A DNA stretch of 64,000 nucleotides from Octopus vulgaris (GCA_951406725.2 OX597821.1:9362001-9426000); one strand, 5' to 3'. Positions 27,607 to 42,261 are shown, counted from the stretch's first letter. Made by a program: numbers and translations. The notes: generated from the letters alone by a model not told the origin.

Positions 27607-28113
27607 GAATTCCTTGAATCGGATTTGGGAACACTGGAAAGTTGGGAGCATACCCTTTCGGCTTCTTATCACTTCTAGAATTCTGCTCGAACTAAAAGTG
27701 CTACCAAATTCGAATATGCAAGCGAAGAATTTCTGCTCTCCCCTTTCCACCAGCGTGGGTTAAAATTGACAAACACCATGTATTAACGGTGAAAACCGCA
27801 GCATTTAACAGAGAAAGATGAATTATAATTTCAACAATTGAGGGTAAAATTAATTAATTATTAATCAATTTCACCAAGTATTCAGTATGTAAAGGGACCA
27901 TTTTAGGCGAATTCAAAATATTACATTATATATAAGGGCTTAGTAAAATAAATTACTTTGCCACATACTGAACTCATTAGAAATAGCAGCTAAAGAAATT
28001 TCTTCAGCTATTTCTAATACTTAAAGAAGATCTCTCTCAGATAGTGTTTGCCTAAACCAACTCACAAAGGTATGGGGGAAAAAAACATTAAAAAATCAAG
28101 TGCAAAGGTTATT

Positions 28114-28165
28114 TGAGAACGTACGTTTCTAGATTAGTCAATTCGACATTTCTTTCGTCAGCTCA
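28114..28165 (-). ncRNA. Type I hammerhead ribozyme (array unit 2)
   Basis: Identical to 27555-27606, offset by 559 nt. Confidence 0.8.
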
Positions 28166-28849
28166 GAATTCCTTGAATCGGATTTGGGAACACTGAAAGT
28201 TGGGAGCATACCCTTTCGGCTTCTTATCACTTCTAGAATTCTGCTCGAACTAAAAGTGCTACCAAATTCGAATATGCAAGCGAAGAATTTCTGCTCTCCC
28301 CTTTCCACCAGCGTGGATTAAAATTGACAAACACCATGTATTAACGGTGAAACCGCAGCATTTAACAGAGAAAGATGAATTATAATTTCAACAATTGAGG
28401 GTAAAATTAATTAATTATCAATCAATTTCACCAAGTATTCAGTATGTAAAGGGACCATTTTAGGCGAATTCAAAATATTACATTATATATAAGGGCTTAG
28501 TAAAATAAATTACTTTGCCACATACTGAACTCATTAGAAATAGCAGCTAAAGAAATTTCTTCAGCTATTTCTAATACTTAAAGAAGATCTCTCTCAGATA
28601 GTGTTTGCCTAAACCAACTCACAAAGGTATGGGGGAAAAACATTAAAAAATCAAGTGCAAAGGTTATTTGAGAACGTATTTGAATTCGCCTAAAATGGTC
28701 CCTTTACATACTGAATACTTGGTGAAATTGATTAATAATTAATTAATTTTACCCTCAATTGTTGAAATATATATATATATATATATATATATATTGAAAC
28801 CTTTTGAATTTCTAGTGCTAGAATGAGCCACATAGTGACCATTCTCTTA

Positions 28850-28893
<44 letters not shown>

Positions 28894-28902
28894 CCCACAC
28901 TC

Positions 28903-28957
<55 letters not shown>

Positions 28958-29774
28958 GTAACATATGGTATAATTATAAACAGGGCCAATTTAAGTAATT
29001 TCACCGCAGACTGAAAAACGTTGATGAACGACCTTCATCACTTTTACAATATCCGGAGAAACAAGCAGCCAAACTCTTATAAACTCAAAAACTGCAGCCG
29101 TTGCTCTCTGAAGGAGTCCCTAATTTGCATACCGTAAGTAATTAACACTATACACTATAGATAAGTTTTAAAAATTATTAAAACTAATAATTTATAAAAG
29201 TCATAAGACATAAATATTTTTATAATATAAGGGTGTATAAAAATTTATACATGGAGAGAAGGATACCACGTGGAAATTGTCCATGATAAAAAGGACAGTC
29301 AAATCGCAAACACGAAAACACATTCTTATGGTCCATTGCTAGTAAGCAAGCAGGACATTTGAATGAATAATACTCTCAATTAACCCTATACCCCCAGAAG
29401 TTCACTATTACTGATTAAATAAATCAATTAATAAGTCAATTGATTGCTTAATCAACCCTCTGTGGCTCGTCAGTAAAGTCGCTGTAAAATGTATAATTAT
29501 AAAACTTTACTATGTTCCGCAAACACAGAGTAAACGCATGCGTATTTAGTTTCATCTTTATACATCAAAAATTCAAATCGGATGCCCTTAAACCAACGTG
29601 GTGAATAAATTTAACCGTGTATTATGTGGCCAAAGAATTGAAATATTTAACTATACAAAAAGAAGGCTAAAAATTATTAGAATTGTGGTTTTCAGTTTAA
29701 CGGCCTGAACTGGCGGTCTTCTCACCGTTATAAATTTTGAAACACTTGTGTATTATACACATACACACACATAT

Positions 29775-29848
<74 letters not shown>

Positions 29849-29964
29849 CGTGTCTGTGAATGTGTGTGTGTGTGTGTGAATGTGTGTGTGTATGCGTGTA
29901 TTATATATATATAATATAATATATATATATAATATGGTATATATATATAATATAATATATAATA

Positions 29965-30018
<54 letters not shown>

Positions 30019-30114
30019 GTATATAAATGTGTATGTGTGTATATGCGTATATATTTATACATGTATATGTATATATATGTATGTACACAGACACAAACAC
30101 ACATGCATACCCCC

Positions 30115-30176
<62 letters not shown>

Positions 30177-30179
30177 GCA

Positions 30180-31830
30180 TATACGGGATACAGAAATACA
30201 AGTACCAAAATATACCATACTGCGAAAAGACAGAAGGGAAACGAGCCACGTTGGACATGCTGTATACATCCGTGATGACCTCACACCCCAGGTCTTACTG
30301 TCATACTCAAATTCAGTATGTGAAGTCTAATTGCTTACATAACACAACACAATATAGTCATATGCAATACACCTCGCCAACCGGATGCTCCAAATCCCAA
30401 AGGCAAGTTTGAAGTTTGCCTCACAAGAATTAAGGAAAATTTTCATGAAATTGGAACCTTACGTGAGCGTATTTCTTATGGATGACTTCAACTTCCCAAT
30501 GTCAAATGTCTCGCAGGCTTCATGCTCTGAGGAATGACTCATTGCAAACAAGCACAACAGGAGTCCCTGCTCAACCTCACCAGTGCTCTATTCATGGTGT
30601 AAGTTTTACTCAGACCAACTTGGGCGATTAATATTCTCGACCTCTGCTTCAGAAACAATATAGACGTCGTTCATAATGTGAAAGTGATGGCGACGTTAGT
30701 CTCAGATCACAACATAATAGAGTTGTCTATGTTCGGGCCGGAAGTAGCCAGAAACTTACAGCCTAAACGAAGCACCCAAAATCTCTTCAATCTGAACTTC
30801 CACAAATCAGACGAGAAAACAATCCAAAAAGAGATCCTCAAACAGGACTGGCCGAAATGTCTCTCCACACCAGACATTGGCATGAAACTAGAATATTTCA
30901 TGTCTGTTATGCAACCATATGCCAGAAATATGTCCCAGTGCAAAAGGCCAACACAAGAAGGAACAAGATTCCAAGGGAGAGGAAGATCCTCATGAAATGA
31001 AGGACGAAGGTTGCAAATTGCCCCAACCAACATTCCAAAAGTTGCGAGAAGTCCCGCCTAAAAAGAACACTGATGGAGATTGAAAAACGCCTGTAAGGGA
31101 GAGTGCAGACAAAGAAGCCTGGGTTATAAAAAACATTAAGGCAAATCCAAAGGCATTCATTCATTATGCAAAAGAAACAGAATCAATACGCTGCAAGATA
31201 GGATCGCTCCCAGATAGTCCAACCAGGATCAGTGAGGGACGGAATGAACAGTTCAAAAGAACAGATAAGTGAACGAACCAGCGGATTCCTTTGCCGTCTG
31301 ACCTATAACCAACGAGGCAGTTACGATTGGGTACATCGACATTAGCGAGGAAGATATACTACTAGCCATAGATGAGGTGGACGCAAACTCAACTGCTAGT
31401 ACTGATGGTTTCCCAACAATCCTCCTCATATCGATTAAACGTGTTCTGGCAAAACGCCTCCAGATTCTCTTCCAGAGATTTCTTGGAAATCGCAGACTGC
31501 CAAGCAAGCTGAAGGAAGCAATGATATGCCCAATTTATAAAGGGGAAAGCAGAGTAGATGCCAAATCTATAGGCCTATCTCTATGACTTCACACATCCGC
31601 AAATTCATGGAACGGATAGTCAGAAGGAAACTAATCGCATTCCTTGCTGAATGATTACCCAGCAGAGCTTTCGACCAGGTAGGAGCTGCCTGACACAGTT
31701 CTTACAACATTATGAATGGGTGTTGAGGCAGTCACGCAACAGCTCAAATGTGGACGTAATATACCTTGATTATGTAAAAGCTTTTGATAAAGTAGATCAT
31801 GGTATGATATGCCACAAACCGCGTGATCTT
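30180..31830 (+). mobile_element. Degenerate LINE ORF2 (APE endonuclease plus 5' RT), CR1/L2 group
   Basis: MDDFNFP, NILDLCF, SDHNIIE, DGFPTILL, ICPIYKG, FRPGRSCLTQFL, DVIYLDYVKAFDKVDH. Same family as 47990-50690. Confidence 0.85.
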
Positions 31831-32012
31831 TCAGCCAAAGAAAATCTACATTTATTTGATCCATTCACATAAGGTATGGATGTCAAAAATACTTTCCATT
31901 TAATCACATGCGGTGTTTCCTGATTTACGAGGTGAGAGAGAGAGAGAGATAGAGAGAGAGAGAGGCGGGGGAAATAGTTTTCAAATTGATTACGTGGAAG
32001 AATCTCAAAATC

Positions 32013-32885
32013 TACGAGATCTGATCAATAAGTACCCGGACTATTGCCATAGTAACTAAACTAATGCAGGCAGAGGAAAGCCAGTTGGTAAAGTTTGACC
32101 TCGAAATCTACGCTGCAAGCGACCGAAGTTTTAAATCTCTAGCTCACTTCCGCTGAGAGTACAGCACTCCTTTGAAGGAAGATGTGTAGCGTATGATCAT
32201 CGCATTGACCATGATAGAGAAATTTGTTATGGCAATACCTGCTCAGAGGCCTACGCACGGTTGCAGAAATTGTCTGGAGAGGGGTGCATGAGCTGCACAC
32301 AAGTGAACGAGTGGTTCAAACGTTTCCAATTTGGCCGAAAAATGTCGATATTGACGAACGTCCACGGAGACCCACAACCAGCAGATCTGAGAAAAACCAT
32401 CGCAGATATGCATGCAGCTTTGAGGGGAAATCGTCGAATCACCATCTGTACGAGTTCAGAGAATGGACAGATTAGTTACGTTTCTGTTCACTCTGTTATC
32501 ACTGAAGATTTTAGTATGAGATGCGTGTCTGCCAAATTAGTTTCAAAACTACTTTCAGCTGACCAAAAGGACACTCGGATTTCAACTGAAGAAGATCTCT
32601 TTCAGTGTATCAAGAACGATGAAAACCTTGTTAGAACTTTGCGTAGGGTTCTAAGCAGATATCGCCAAGCTTTTGACAAAACTTGATACTGATTCTTTGC
32701 TTAACTTACCCTGTCATTGTCAATGCGACGATCACCCGTTATACATCTTCCTTCCAAGCACTGTGTACACAGCGGATGTGTGCTAGAACCTGAAAATTTA
32801 GAGCGCATATTCAGCGACTTTAATCTGCGTGTTTTAGCTTCGTTACAATGACAACATTTCTTATACCTATTGATTATACCACGTA
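32013..32885 (+). mobile_element. Internally deleted mariner element with TIRs
   Basis: TA-flanked imperfect TIRs at both ends. ORF 32261-32686 (MSCTQVNEWFKRF...SMRCVSAKLVSKLLSADQK) is the HTH/WVPREL-linker region. Confidence 0.8.
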
Positions 32886-34100
32886 TAAGGCATTTCTTTT
32901 CCCAAGCTTACAAGTATTACATTCGAATCGATAGCTGGTAATTCCTTTGCTGTTTGTGAACAATATTTAAATTGCGATTAAGTAAATATTGGAAAAACTT
33001 TATAAACGTCTAGGATGCTTTTAGAATCCTTCTATAACTCTTACGCTTCATTTCTCTATATCACATTCAGCGTCTCTTGAATTTAAAAATGCTTCCACAA
33101 CCTCACCTAGATTCGTTGTTGTTGCTCAGCTCTACTAGCTTTTTAAAGGATATGTTTGATTAGATGTCTTACGGCCGTCAAACTGCAAGACATTTGATCA
33201 AATTAATTGAGTCAAATTTATCTAAAACTACTATTGTGTTTAACGTATACATCGCTATTCAGTACTATAAAATTTGACATTTAAAGAGATATACTCGCTA
33301 ACAATTACACCGGCTCTCTTCTTCGCTTTGATTCAGCATATAGAAGGAATCTGTCTGATTTGATATCCTGTTTGTGCGTGCTGGCGAATATTTTAGCAAT
33401 TCAAAGCTACACTTATTTATATAATTGTCTCACTATAGGTAATTTTAGCAGTTTTTGATGTCTTATATCCTTTATGTGCCAGCCGTGATCGAGATGCACA
33501 CTCTAAGGCGCTCCCTATCTATTTTCTCTCTTGGAACAAAGTTTATATCAAAATGTGAATATGTTCAAGGAAAAGTATGTTGGCTTAGTAATCTGCGTAT
33601 TAATACGTGTGCGATAATATGTTGCAAGCACCTGTCTATGCAGTCGGAGGGCAATAATATTCCTGGGTGTTTTTAAATCTAAAACCAGGCAATGGGTACA
33701 CTTCTATCAGCATGATTAGATAGAAATGTTTTGACAATATAGACAGTTAATATTGATAACGATTTTGTATTGAAGCCCTTTTATAAATGCAACAGGGGAA
33801 AGTATCCTCAAGCAGAGTTCTGCATAATAAATACAAAGCTACTAGGTTGTTGCATATGTAGCACAATGAACTGGTAATTAGTGTCCTATCAACAGATATT
33901 CATGCGTATTAGAATGCACTAATTTTCGCGTTCTTTTGGTTTAAATTTGGTTTTACACTTTTCATAAGACGAGAGAAAACGCAGAAGTTCCTTCATTGTC
34001 GGAGTATTTCATTTTATTTTGGAGTGAACTTCAATGTTCTAATAACCCTATAATTAATACGGCATAATAATTCCGGACTCGTTTATCATAGTAATTATAT

Positions 34101-34360
34101 TTTAAAAAATGCGGGCATCTTTTTAAAGCCTAGCCAGACTCATGGGTCCGGTTCACCGGTTTCCATGGCGTATGTGTTCCGCAGCCCGATGGGACACCAG
34201 TCCATCGCAGCGTTTCTCATTTTTGCCAGCTGAGTGAACTGGAGCAACGTCAAATGAAGTGTTTTGCTCAAGAACACAACGCGTCGCCCGGTCCAGGAAT
34301 CGAAACCACAATCTTACGATCATGATGCTGACACCCTAAACACTAAGCCACGTGGCTCCA
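34101..34360 (-). mobile_element. tRNA-derived SINE with 14-bp TSD
   Basis: TSD CATAGTAATTATAT at 34087-34100 and 34361-34374. A box TGGCTTAGTG, B box GTTTCGATTCC. Confidence 0.85.
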
Positions 34361-34651
34361 CATAGTAATTATATGACATCTTTATTTCATCTGCAACAAA
34401 ACAATGGCATTCCTAACATATATATAGTTTCTACACTGACCAAATATTGTTTACATGAAAATTTCTATTCTTTAATAGAAATTACTCTACTTTGATAAGC
34501 TAATGGATTTCGTGCATTTGAATATATTATAAGATTTACATTATAATACACTTAACAGCACACAATAATTGCCAGTTATATGTGTAAAAGAAACTGAGAA
34601 CGTGACGCAATTTTATGATTTACATCAGTGAATATTTGATTTATTTTCCAG

Positions 34652-34919
34652 TTCTGCTCTTGGGTAATTGCTGCTCCTGCTAACTCGGTAATCCTTCTAG
34701 AAATCACAGGGTTCCAGACAGAGATATACGACCAGTTGAGTATTGGTATTGGCCTCGATGCTGCTAATAATTCTTCGACAGAACTTCTGAAGCTCTACGG
34801 TTTACTTGATACTCCACAAAACACTACAATTCCAGCTAATGCTATCTGGATTGATTTCCGAAGTGACGAAACAATAACGGCACCAGGATTTCGTATTAAC
34901 TATAAAATCATTGAGAGAA
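34652..34919 (+). CDS. Exon: C-terminal part of CUB2
   Basis: ttttccag| acceptor, AGAA|gtatga donor, phase 0-1. FCSWVIAAPANSVILLEITGFQTEIYDQLSIG...IWIDFRSDETITAPGFRINYKIIER. Confidence 0.92.
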
Positions 34920-35708
34920 GTATGAAAAAATAATCAGGTTCTTTTACGATAGTTTATAGAGACTACCTATTACTTTAGAAAATACACAGAATGATTCATT
35001 GGCAATGCTTTAGAGAATTCTGGTGTGTATAGATGAATCTATAGCGTATAAATGTATCAAGTATATTATATGTTGAATTAATATGTAGGCAGCAGAACAT
35101 ATATCCACTGTGCAGAAAAACAAAAAAAAAATTCTGATGAGTTGATAGGTAAATCGTTGAAGAGAAAATTTCGCAAGTGACAGAGTAAAAGTGAGGGCGA
35201 ACGTGATATACTGCCAAGTTAAACAATATGAACAAATAAATGAAGAAATTATTTTGTACAAAATAAGTTATGTATTAATTAATTTACTCTGTTGTATGAA
35301 TACATGTATTACAGACGACAGCAAGAAGCGCCAATATAATTACATTAGAATACACATTTTTGCTTTCCTTTTAATGAAGTAAGCATATCGTAATATCAGC
35401 TGCATCTTCGATATATCCATTAAAATTATTGTTCATTTTGTACGGATTTATTTCACTTCGAAATCTATCATTCTTTTCTGGATATTGATCGATATTGATT
35501 TAAATGTAATTTAATATCTTATTGAGGGTTTTATATTATTTGAGTTGCTGTTGCTTTTAGTCAAAGATAATATTAAAAAAAACAAACTATTTTTTACATT
35601 GTACAAAATCCATTTAATACATGATTTTGTAATATGCTTCCTGTTAGCTAAAATATAGTTACAATACGCACAATAAATATCTATACAATCCATACATCGC
35701 ATTGAATA

Positions 35709-35756
<48 letters not shown>

Positions 35757-35984
35757 ATACATACATATATCGCACACTCAAAGCGAGAAGTCGCGTACGA
35801 TGTGTGGGAGACTGTTTTTTGAAAATACGATGAATACTATCCCCAACTTCGAAGTCGTAGTTGTCAGCCTTTTTAAAGAACGGGTTAATCTGTAGATTAA
35901 TTGTCTAAAGGAGTCTTTTATACAAGATCGTAGTGTTTACGATCAGAACTTGACTTTACCATGCAGACAATTGCTACAAACAAT

Positions 35985-38900
35985 ATGGCTGGTACAGCAT
36001 CAATAAAACAACCAAAGAACGAAAACAACAACTCACCAGGAAAGCAGATTCGTTCTAGCTGTAGTTGTAGAAGAAACCGTTATGGAGTTATGGATTGAAT
36101 ACTGATTTCTTTAACTGTTATAAAAGAGCAAAACAAAACCCCGCTGTTAGTTATATGACTAAATTGAAATCATATTGGGATGACCTACGTCCAGAATTAA
36201 ATAGTTCTACTGCGAAACAATAACACAAAGAAGCAACGTAGGGGCTAAGTTCATGAATGTAACTTTATTAACAAAAGATCTGAAATTAACCTTCTCCCCA
36301 ACATGATGAATGCCAACGAAAATGTGACAGATGTGAGAACACACCGAGTTTTCTCAGTTAACGATATTTCAAAAGATTCTATACTGGCTGCCTGCCAAAC
36401 TACTTTACTGGCTAAAGTTACTGATCACTGTTCCCCAACTACAACTATGGTGAATACCAGGCACAGCCGCAACGATCACTGCTGTCATATTAGTAGTCAA
36501 GATTATATATCACTGATATATGCCCTTATTGGAACTTTTCGAGGAAAAATAACTTTGGCTTTGAAGCACTCCTTCGGGAAGAGAACTATTTACAGCAGTG
36601 TAATGAATCCTGGGTTTAGAAGACCATCATCCATGTGATTGTTCTTATTATGGGCAAGCAAATCACTACATGTCTCACCAACAAAATGTGATGGTGGCGA
36701 TAACTAAGAAGAAGGCATTTACTTACAAGCTGATCATCCTCAAGCAGGAGCTAAAAGCTGTCAGTAAGAAATTCCGATATCAAGAGAATGACAGAGAAAA
36801 ACAATAAAGCAAGTCGCACTTTACAGAGATGAAAGGAGAAGCAGTGAACATTATTGAAGCCCCTTCAAGCGAAGAGGAGTTTAAAGGATATGCTCTGTGG
36901 CTGGAACAATTTCTAAGACGTTATAGCCCCTGCATTACACCTAAGACATACAACATTGATGGTAGCATCCTTATAAACAGTGATACAGAAACTTAAGGAT
37001 GAAAAAGCACCTGGAACAGACTTGATTGTTGGATACTGGTAATAGAAGCTAAACTTCTACCGACCATATCCTATTAACCTGTACCAGTAAGCTCTTAATG
37101 AGAACAGTAGTATACCACTTTGTCTAACTCTAGCAGAGAAAAATGATCCACAAAAGTAGAGCCACCCACATAGCTAAACATCGCCGAACAATTGCGTGCT
37201 AGAACCTAACGTATAAGATATATACAGGATGTTTAAACCTCTTCCTCCAAGACCATTATGAAAGTAATATCATCACATCAGAACAAGCCTCTGGGAGGAA
37301 AGAAGCCAGCGTATGTCCTGAGCAACTGTTAATAAGCAAAATTGTAATGCCAGAGGTGCGGGAGCATAGGAGGAACCTTATTTCAATGTGGCCGGACTAC
37401 AAGAAAGCTTTTGACTCTGTACTCGATTCACAGATGCTAGAAGCCCTACCACTTGCTAACATCCCAGTGAGCATAGTCAAAGCTAACATAACTTTATCGT
37501 GCCTCACTATCTTGAAGTTAAATACAAGGACTGATTGTATTATTACCGATAAAATTATGTATCACAGAGGTATTTTCGAAAGAAACAGTCTGATATGTCG
37601 TTCATACTTTCTGTAAGACCCTTGTCATTCACGTTAAAGAAGTCTGAAGAAAATCTTACCGCTTCACATGGAAACAAAAATACTAAAAGTAAATACAGTT
37701 TCTTTGTGGATGACTCGAAACTACATGCAAAGAATATGCATGAGATGAAAAGGTGCTTTGACATGGTTACATCATTCTATTAGAATATAGGGTTGAGTTT
37801 GGTCAGGATAAATTTTGCTATATGGTTGAGAAAGGAGAGAAAACTGTAAAACAGACTAACATCTCCATCATTAACTTAACTGTTTACCTTGTATCTGACG
37901 TGGAACGTTACAAGTATCTTGGGGTGGATGGGGACGTACCCTATGGCATCAACTACCACACAAGACGTGTGTTACTAAATACTATTACAGCCAAATAAAG
38001 AAAAAATGGACCTTGGAGCTCTCTTTATTCAATAAAATAAATGGCCCACAATGTATTTACAGTGCCACTTCTCATATCAACATTTGAGCTACTTGATTGG
38101 AGGTTTGATGAGATCCAATCCATTGAAGTTATAACCAGTAAGATTCTAACCAGCGCACATAATTTTCCGCATCAACAGTAAGTAGACCGCCTCTACCTGA
38201 AACGAAAACAAGACAGAAAAGGCTGAAGTTCAATATTTCGGCAACATCTTTTAACCAGCAAGTGTCGAAGTGCATCCTTTGTCCATGTTTGTATACATGA
38301 GGCCAATAACATCATATGACATGAAATGTACCTCATTGAGCAGAATTCCTTGTCTGATAATTTTAAATAAATGCCTGAATGATGCATACGATTCTACAGC
38401 AACATGTCATTTGAAAGGATGAGCGTATATTAGCAGATCATGCATGGATATGTTAGTAGAAACCTCGGAGAAGAAAGTAACATTCAACATCAAAGCAGCC
38501 TATCATAGACCAATAACGGATTATTACTTCTAACCTTGAAAGGTATGCGCTTCCACTTCAGGAACAGGACATATCTACTAAAATGGACAGGGATGCAGGC
38601 AAAGCAGAAAAAATATGACAACAGTGCAGACTTTATGGATTGAACACCAAAGATATCACCCACAGCAGTTGTTCAAAAATTGTCATCACGGTACTATCTA
38701 CCGATTAGACAGGATATTATGCGTAAGACACGGTATAATGAGATCTGTCGGCAGGTTAAACTTGAAACCAAAAAACTTAGACTCCTCAGTATGGTGGAAG
38801 ACATAGCCACTGAAAATGAGGATTGTGATGTTGGAATGTCCCAGTTAAAACCTCAATAAAATGTAAGCATAATAGACTTGACATTATAATTTAGGATAGA

Positions 38901-39355
38901 GAAGAGAAACTTTGTACAGTTTTGGAAATCAGCTTCCCAACGGATGTTAACATAAAGATAACGATCAGCGAAAAAGAAAACCCCTACGCCGGACTATTGA
39001 GAAATCTACCGTTACATTTCCCAAACTAGAAGTTCATACCTGTATTCATTTGGGCACTGGGATCTGTAAGACACTGCTTAAGTACCAACCTCAAGAAATT
39101 AGGCTTCTTACAACCAGAAAGGAGAAGACTATAGATCGAAGATGGCTGGAAATATAGAAATCTGTAAAATTTTCTAGATTATCATTTAAGTATACACGAT
39201 CAGGTCTAGATATGCAGGTACATGAATAAATCAAAACATTCGTAAATCAAACATATGAATCAAAACAGATCAAAACATACAATTTTAAACACATACATAC
39301 ATACATACATACATACATACATACATACATACATACATACATACATACATACATA
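35985..39355 (+). mobile_element. Degenerate R4/Dong-like non-LTR retrotransposon with (ACAT)n tail
   Basis: KAPGTD, RNLISMWPDYKKAFDSV, FVDDSKL, YKYLGV, restriction-like endonuclease KHNRLDIII...LEISFPTD, then (CATA)n at ~39291-39354. Confidence 0.85.
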
Positions 39356-39457
39356 GAAATACACCCGGTTGATGTTGTCGAAATGCCAATGAAGAAGCCG
39401 GCTTTTTACCTACTGGCTCTTACTCTATTGACGTGAAATTTTGAAATGAATTCTAAT

Positions 39458-39529
<72 letters not shown>

Positions 39530-39532
39530 GTA

Positions 39533-40846
39533 CTAGCAGAATTGCCCGGCGATGCTCGGGGCTGAATTGCTTGAAAGTACTGTTAATGATTGCACTGAAT
39601 TATGATGATTATTCAGGCAAATACTGATATAAGTTTACGGTGGGAGATAAGGACATAACGATCAAACGTGTACCATTGTATTGTTTTGGGGGAACCAAAT
39701 TTCTGATGAGCATTATAGGGGCACCAACTTTAAGTTTGAGAAAGTGTGGTGGTAGTCCGGGGTGCTCAAAGGAATTGAGTACCTCTATTGGATAGTTGAT
39801 GACGTCCTCTGGGTCAGGAGTTGTATCGATAGACTTATATACATAGACTTCCCCAGGAATGAGTTTTAGCATTTCATCATTAATATGGTGAACAGTTTTA
39901 TTCCTCGGGGCCAGAATAGCCCTTTGGCCAATCCAATCCATATTCTGATAATTAGCTTGTAGATCTGGGAACACTGCATCTCTGAGATCAGAATGCGTTT
40001 TAACAATGGTACAAATGGAATCGATGGCAATATTACCATTTTCATCCCCTGGTATTTTGCCTTCGCGAAGTGCAAGGAGGGTGTGAGGAAATGCTGCTGA
40101 TGTGATATTAAGTCGCATATGAGCACGCATATTGGTGTGAAGTTGAGAGTCTTCACCAGTGGCCACAATGTGGATGACTTAAGACAGGCACTTACTGCAT
40201 CAGCTGTAGTCCCTTTGGGAATAACGGGAAGTGTTTGTCGGATGTCTCCTGAAAGAAGAAGTGTTATGCCTCCCATGGGAGCTGAAGAGTGTTTGATGTC
40301 TCTGAGAGATTTATCTAGTGCCTCAAGAGCATGTCTGTGGGCCATCGTGCATTCATCCCAAACGATAAGCTTGCATCGTCTGAAGACTTCTGCCTGATCG
40401 GAGCTGTTACTGATGTTGCAAGTTGGTGTCTCAGTCTTCGCTAAGTCAAGCGGAAGATTGAATGTGGAGTGAGCTGTCCTGCCGCCTGGCAACAAAGTAG
40501 CCGCAATTGTAGATGATTCCACAGCTAGGGCAATGCCTTGTGTTCGCCTAATCTCAGCCAATATTAATTTGTTGACAAAAGTTTTCCCAGTGCCCCCAGG
40601 AGGGTCCAGGAAAAAAATCCTCCCAGTTTTGGCCCGGACTGAATTAACAACGGAGTTGTAAGCGAACTTGTGTTCTGGAAGGAGCTTTGGCTCATTGTCG
40701 GCTATGTACTCGGCAAGCTCATCAACATTAAAACATGTCTCACGCAGCAAATGTGAAGACAGAGTGTTTGTGCCTTCCCGGTTTGTTAAAGGTAGGCCAT
40801 AGACCGGCAAGGCACTACCGCCCATATCAAGTACAGTATCTTCGAA
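39533..40846 (-). mobile_element. Helitron 3' portion with PIF1-family helicase pseudogene
   Basis: Two overlapping ORFs (frameshift): FFLDPPGGTGKTF, GGRTAHSTF, IVWDECTM, GDIRQTLPVI; RAILAPRN, GLPPHFLKLKVGAPIMLIRNL..YNGTRL. 3' hairpin CCCGAGCATCGCCGGG and CTAG|T terminus at 39533. Confidence 0.92.
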
Positions 40847-40994
40847 CGTAGTTTGTTACCACACAGCCACACCTGCCCCTATGTATGTGTGCGTGTGTGT
40901 GTATGGGTAGATATATTATGCATGTATATATGTCTATATATATATGTGTACATATAACATGTACATTTATATATATATATATACATCTACACAT

Positions 40995-41583
40995 AAAATA
41001 CAAAATACAAAGTTATATCTTGATATCGCTAGTGATAACAATACTCAAAATATATAACAGACTGGAATTGTAGGCCCGTCTCTTGCAATTTCGATCAATT
41101 GGATCTATAGAAGTGTACGGCTGCAGCGAAATTCATTTTTGGACTTTCTTTTATCGAAGGCATTTTAACAAAAATGTTTCCGTAAAGACGGTGAAAATAT
41201 TGTCAATTTCCCCAAACAGGGACACAATTCAATTTTGAAACAATAACCAAAGCCTCGTCTCGAAAGGGGGAGGGTTACGGTTTACAATTATTTAACAAAT
41301 GCAACACAACAACGATTCCTTGGCGAGGAACCAAGAAACGTGATTACAATGGTCAAACAGTAATAATAATAACAACAAACGTTTTTAATTTATCCCCATT
41401 TATGTGAAACCACTTATTCAAGTTCAAGTCATTGATGCAATTGTATACGAATTGCTAATACACACACACACATAATTGAATATTAATTTGATTAATATGA
41501 ATTAAAAACCAGTGGTGTAGCATATAAGACCATAGGGGATCTTCTAGCAAAAAGGATGACCAGTCTGAATGGCTCATCCCTGT

Positions 41584-41660
<77 letters not shown>

Positions 41661-42261
41661 AAACTTACAATGCGTGTCTATGTGTGTAAATAGGAAGTGG
41701 GAGTAATAGGCAGAGTAAAGGCTTTGAAGTGAAAGAGTGAAATGGTAAAATATTGAGTTTTCTCGAATTTTTTCTTAATTGAGGGTAAAATTGGAAGAAA
41801 TTTTGTATGCCATGACCGAATGGAGGTACTTGGAAAAATCATAGGTAAACTCTAATTGAAGAAATTGTGTGAGGAGTAAATAGTTATGTATTTATTTGTT
41901 TCTGTTTGCTGTGTATTTTTTTTTTTTGAGTAGTGGTTTAAGGTACACTTGCAAAGAGAAAGTAGGAGAAATTAGGGTGATAGCATGATTGCAGACTTGC
42001 AAAGAGAAAGTAGCAGAAAGTGTGGTGGTAATGGTAGGAGTGAAGCAGTTTAAATGAAAGAGGGAAATCTAAAAATATTGAGTTTTCTCGTATTTTTGCT
42101 TAATTGGGGGTGAAATTGGAAAAACTGTACCTGCCACGACCCGATGGATTCTACTCGTAAAAATGATAGGTAAATTCTAATTGAAGAAATTCTATATTGT
42201 AGATTTGTATAAAAAACAAACGATTTGGGAGGCAGATAAAATCTGCCTTTTATCATAAGAG

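Larger units (their letters stand above)
27371..28768 (-). mobile_element. Tandem array of ~558-bp non-coding units (2.3 copies) with terminal inversion; retrozyme/PLE pseudo-LTR-like
   Basis: Unit starts at 27373, 27931 and 28488 (TATAAGGGCTTAG) with very few differences. 28679-28768 is an inverted copy of the unit's last ~90 bp. Flanked by (TA)n. Confidence 0.85.

Noticed and set aside
27371-28768. CRISPR-like or satellite interpretation of the array
   Set aside because: No repeat-spacer alternation, a eukaryotic context, long identical units with HHRs, and a dispersed relative at 15905.
29430-29480. CUGACGA on the minus strand in a TA-flanked unique segment
   Set aside because: A short stem follows, but no GAAA/UH or stem I could be assigned.
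35128-35180. CTGATGA...GAAA on the + strand
   Set aside because: No stem I or stem II pairing. Likely chance.
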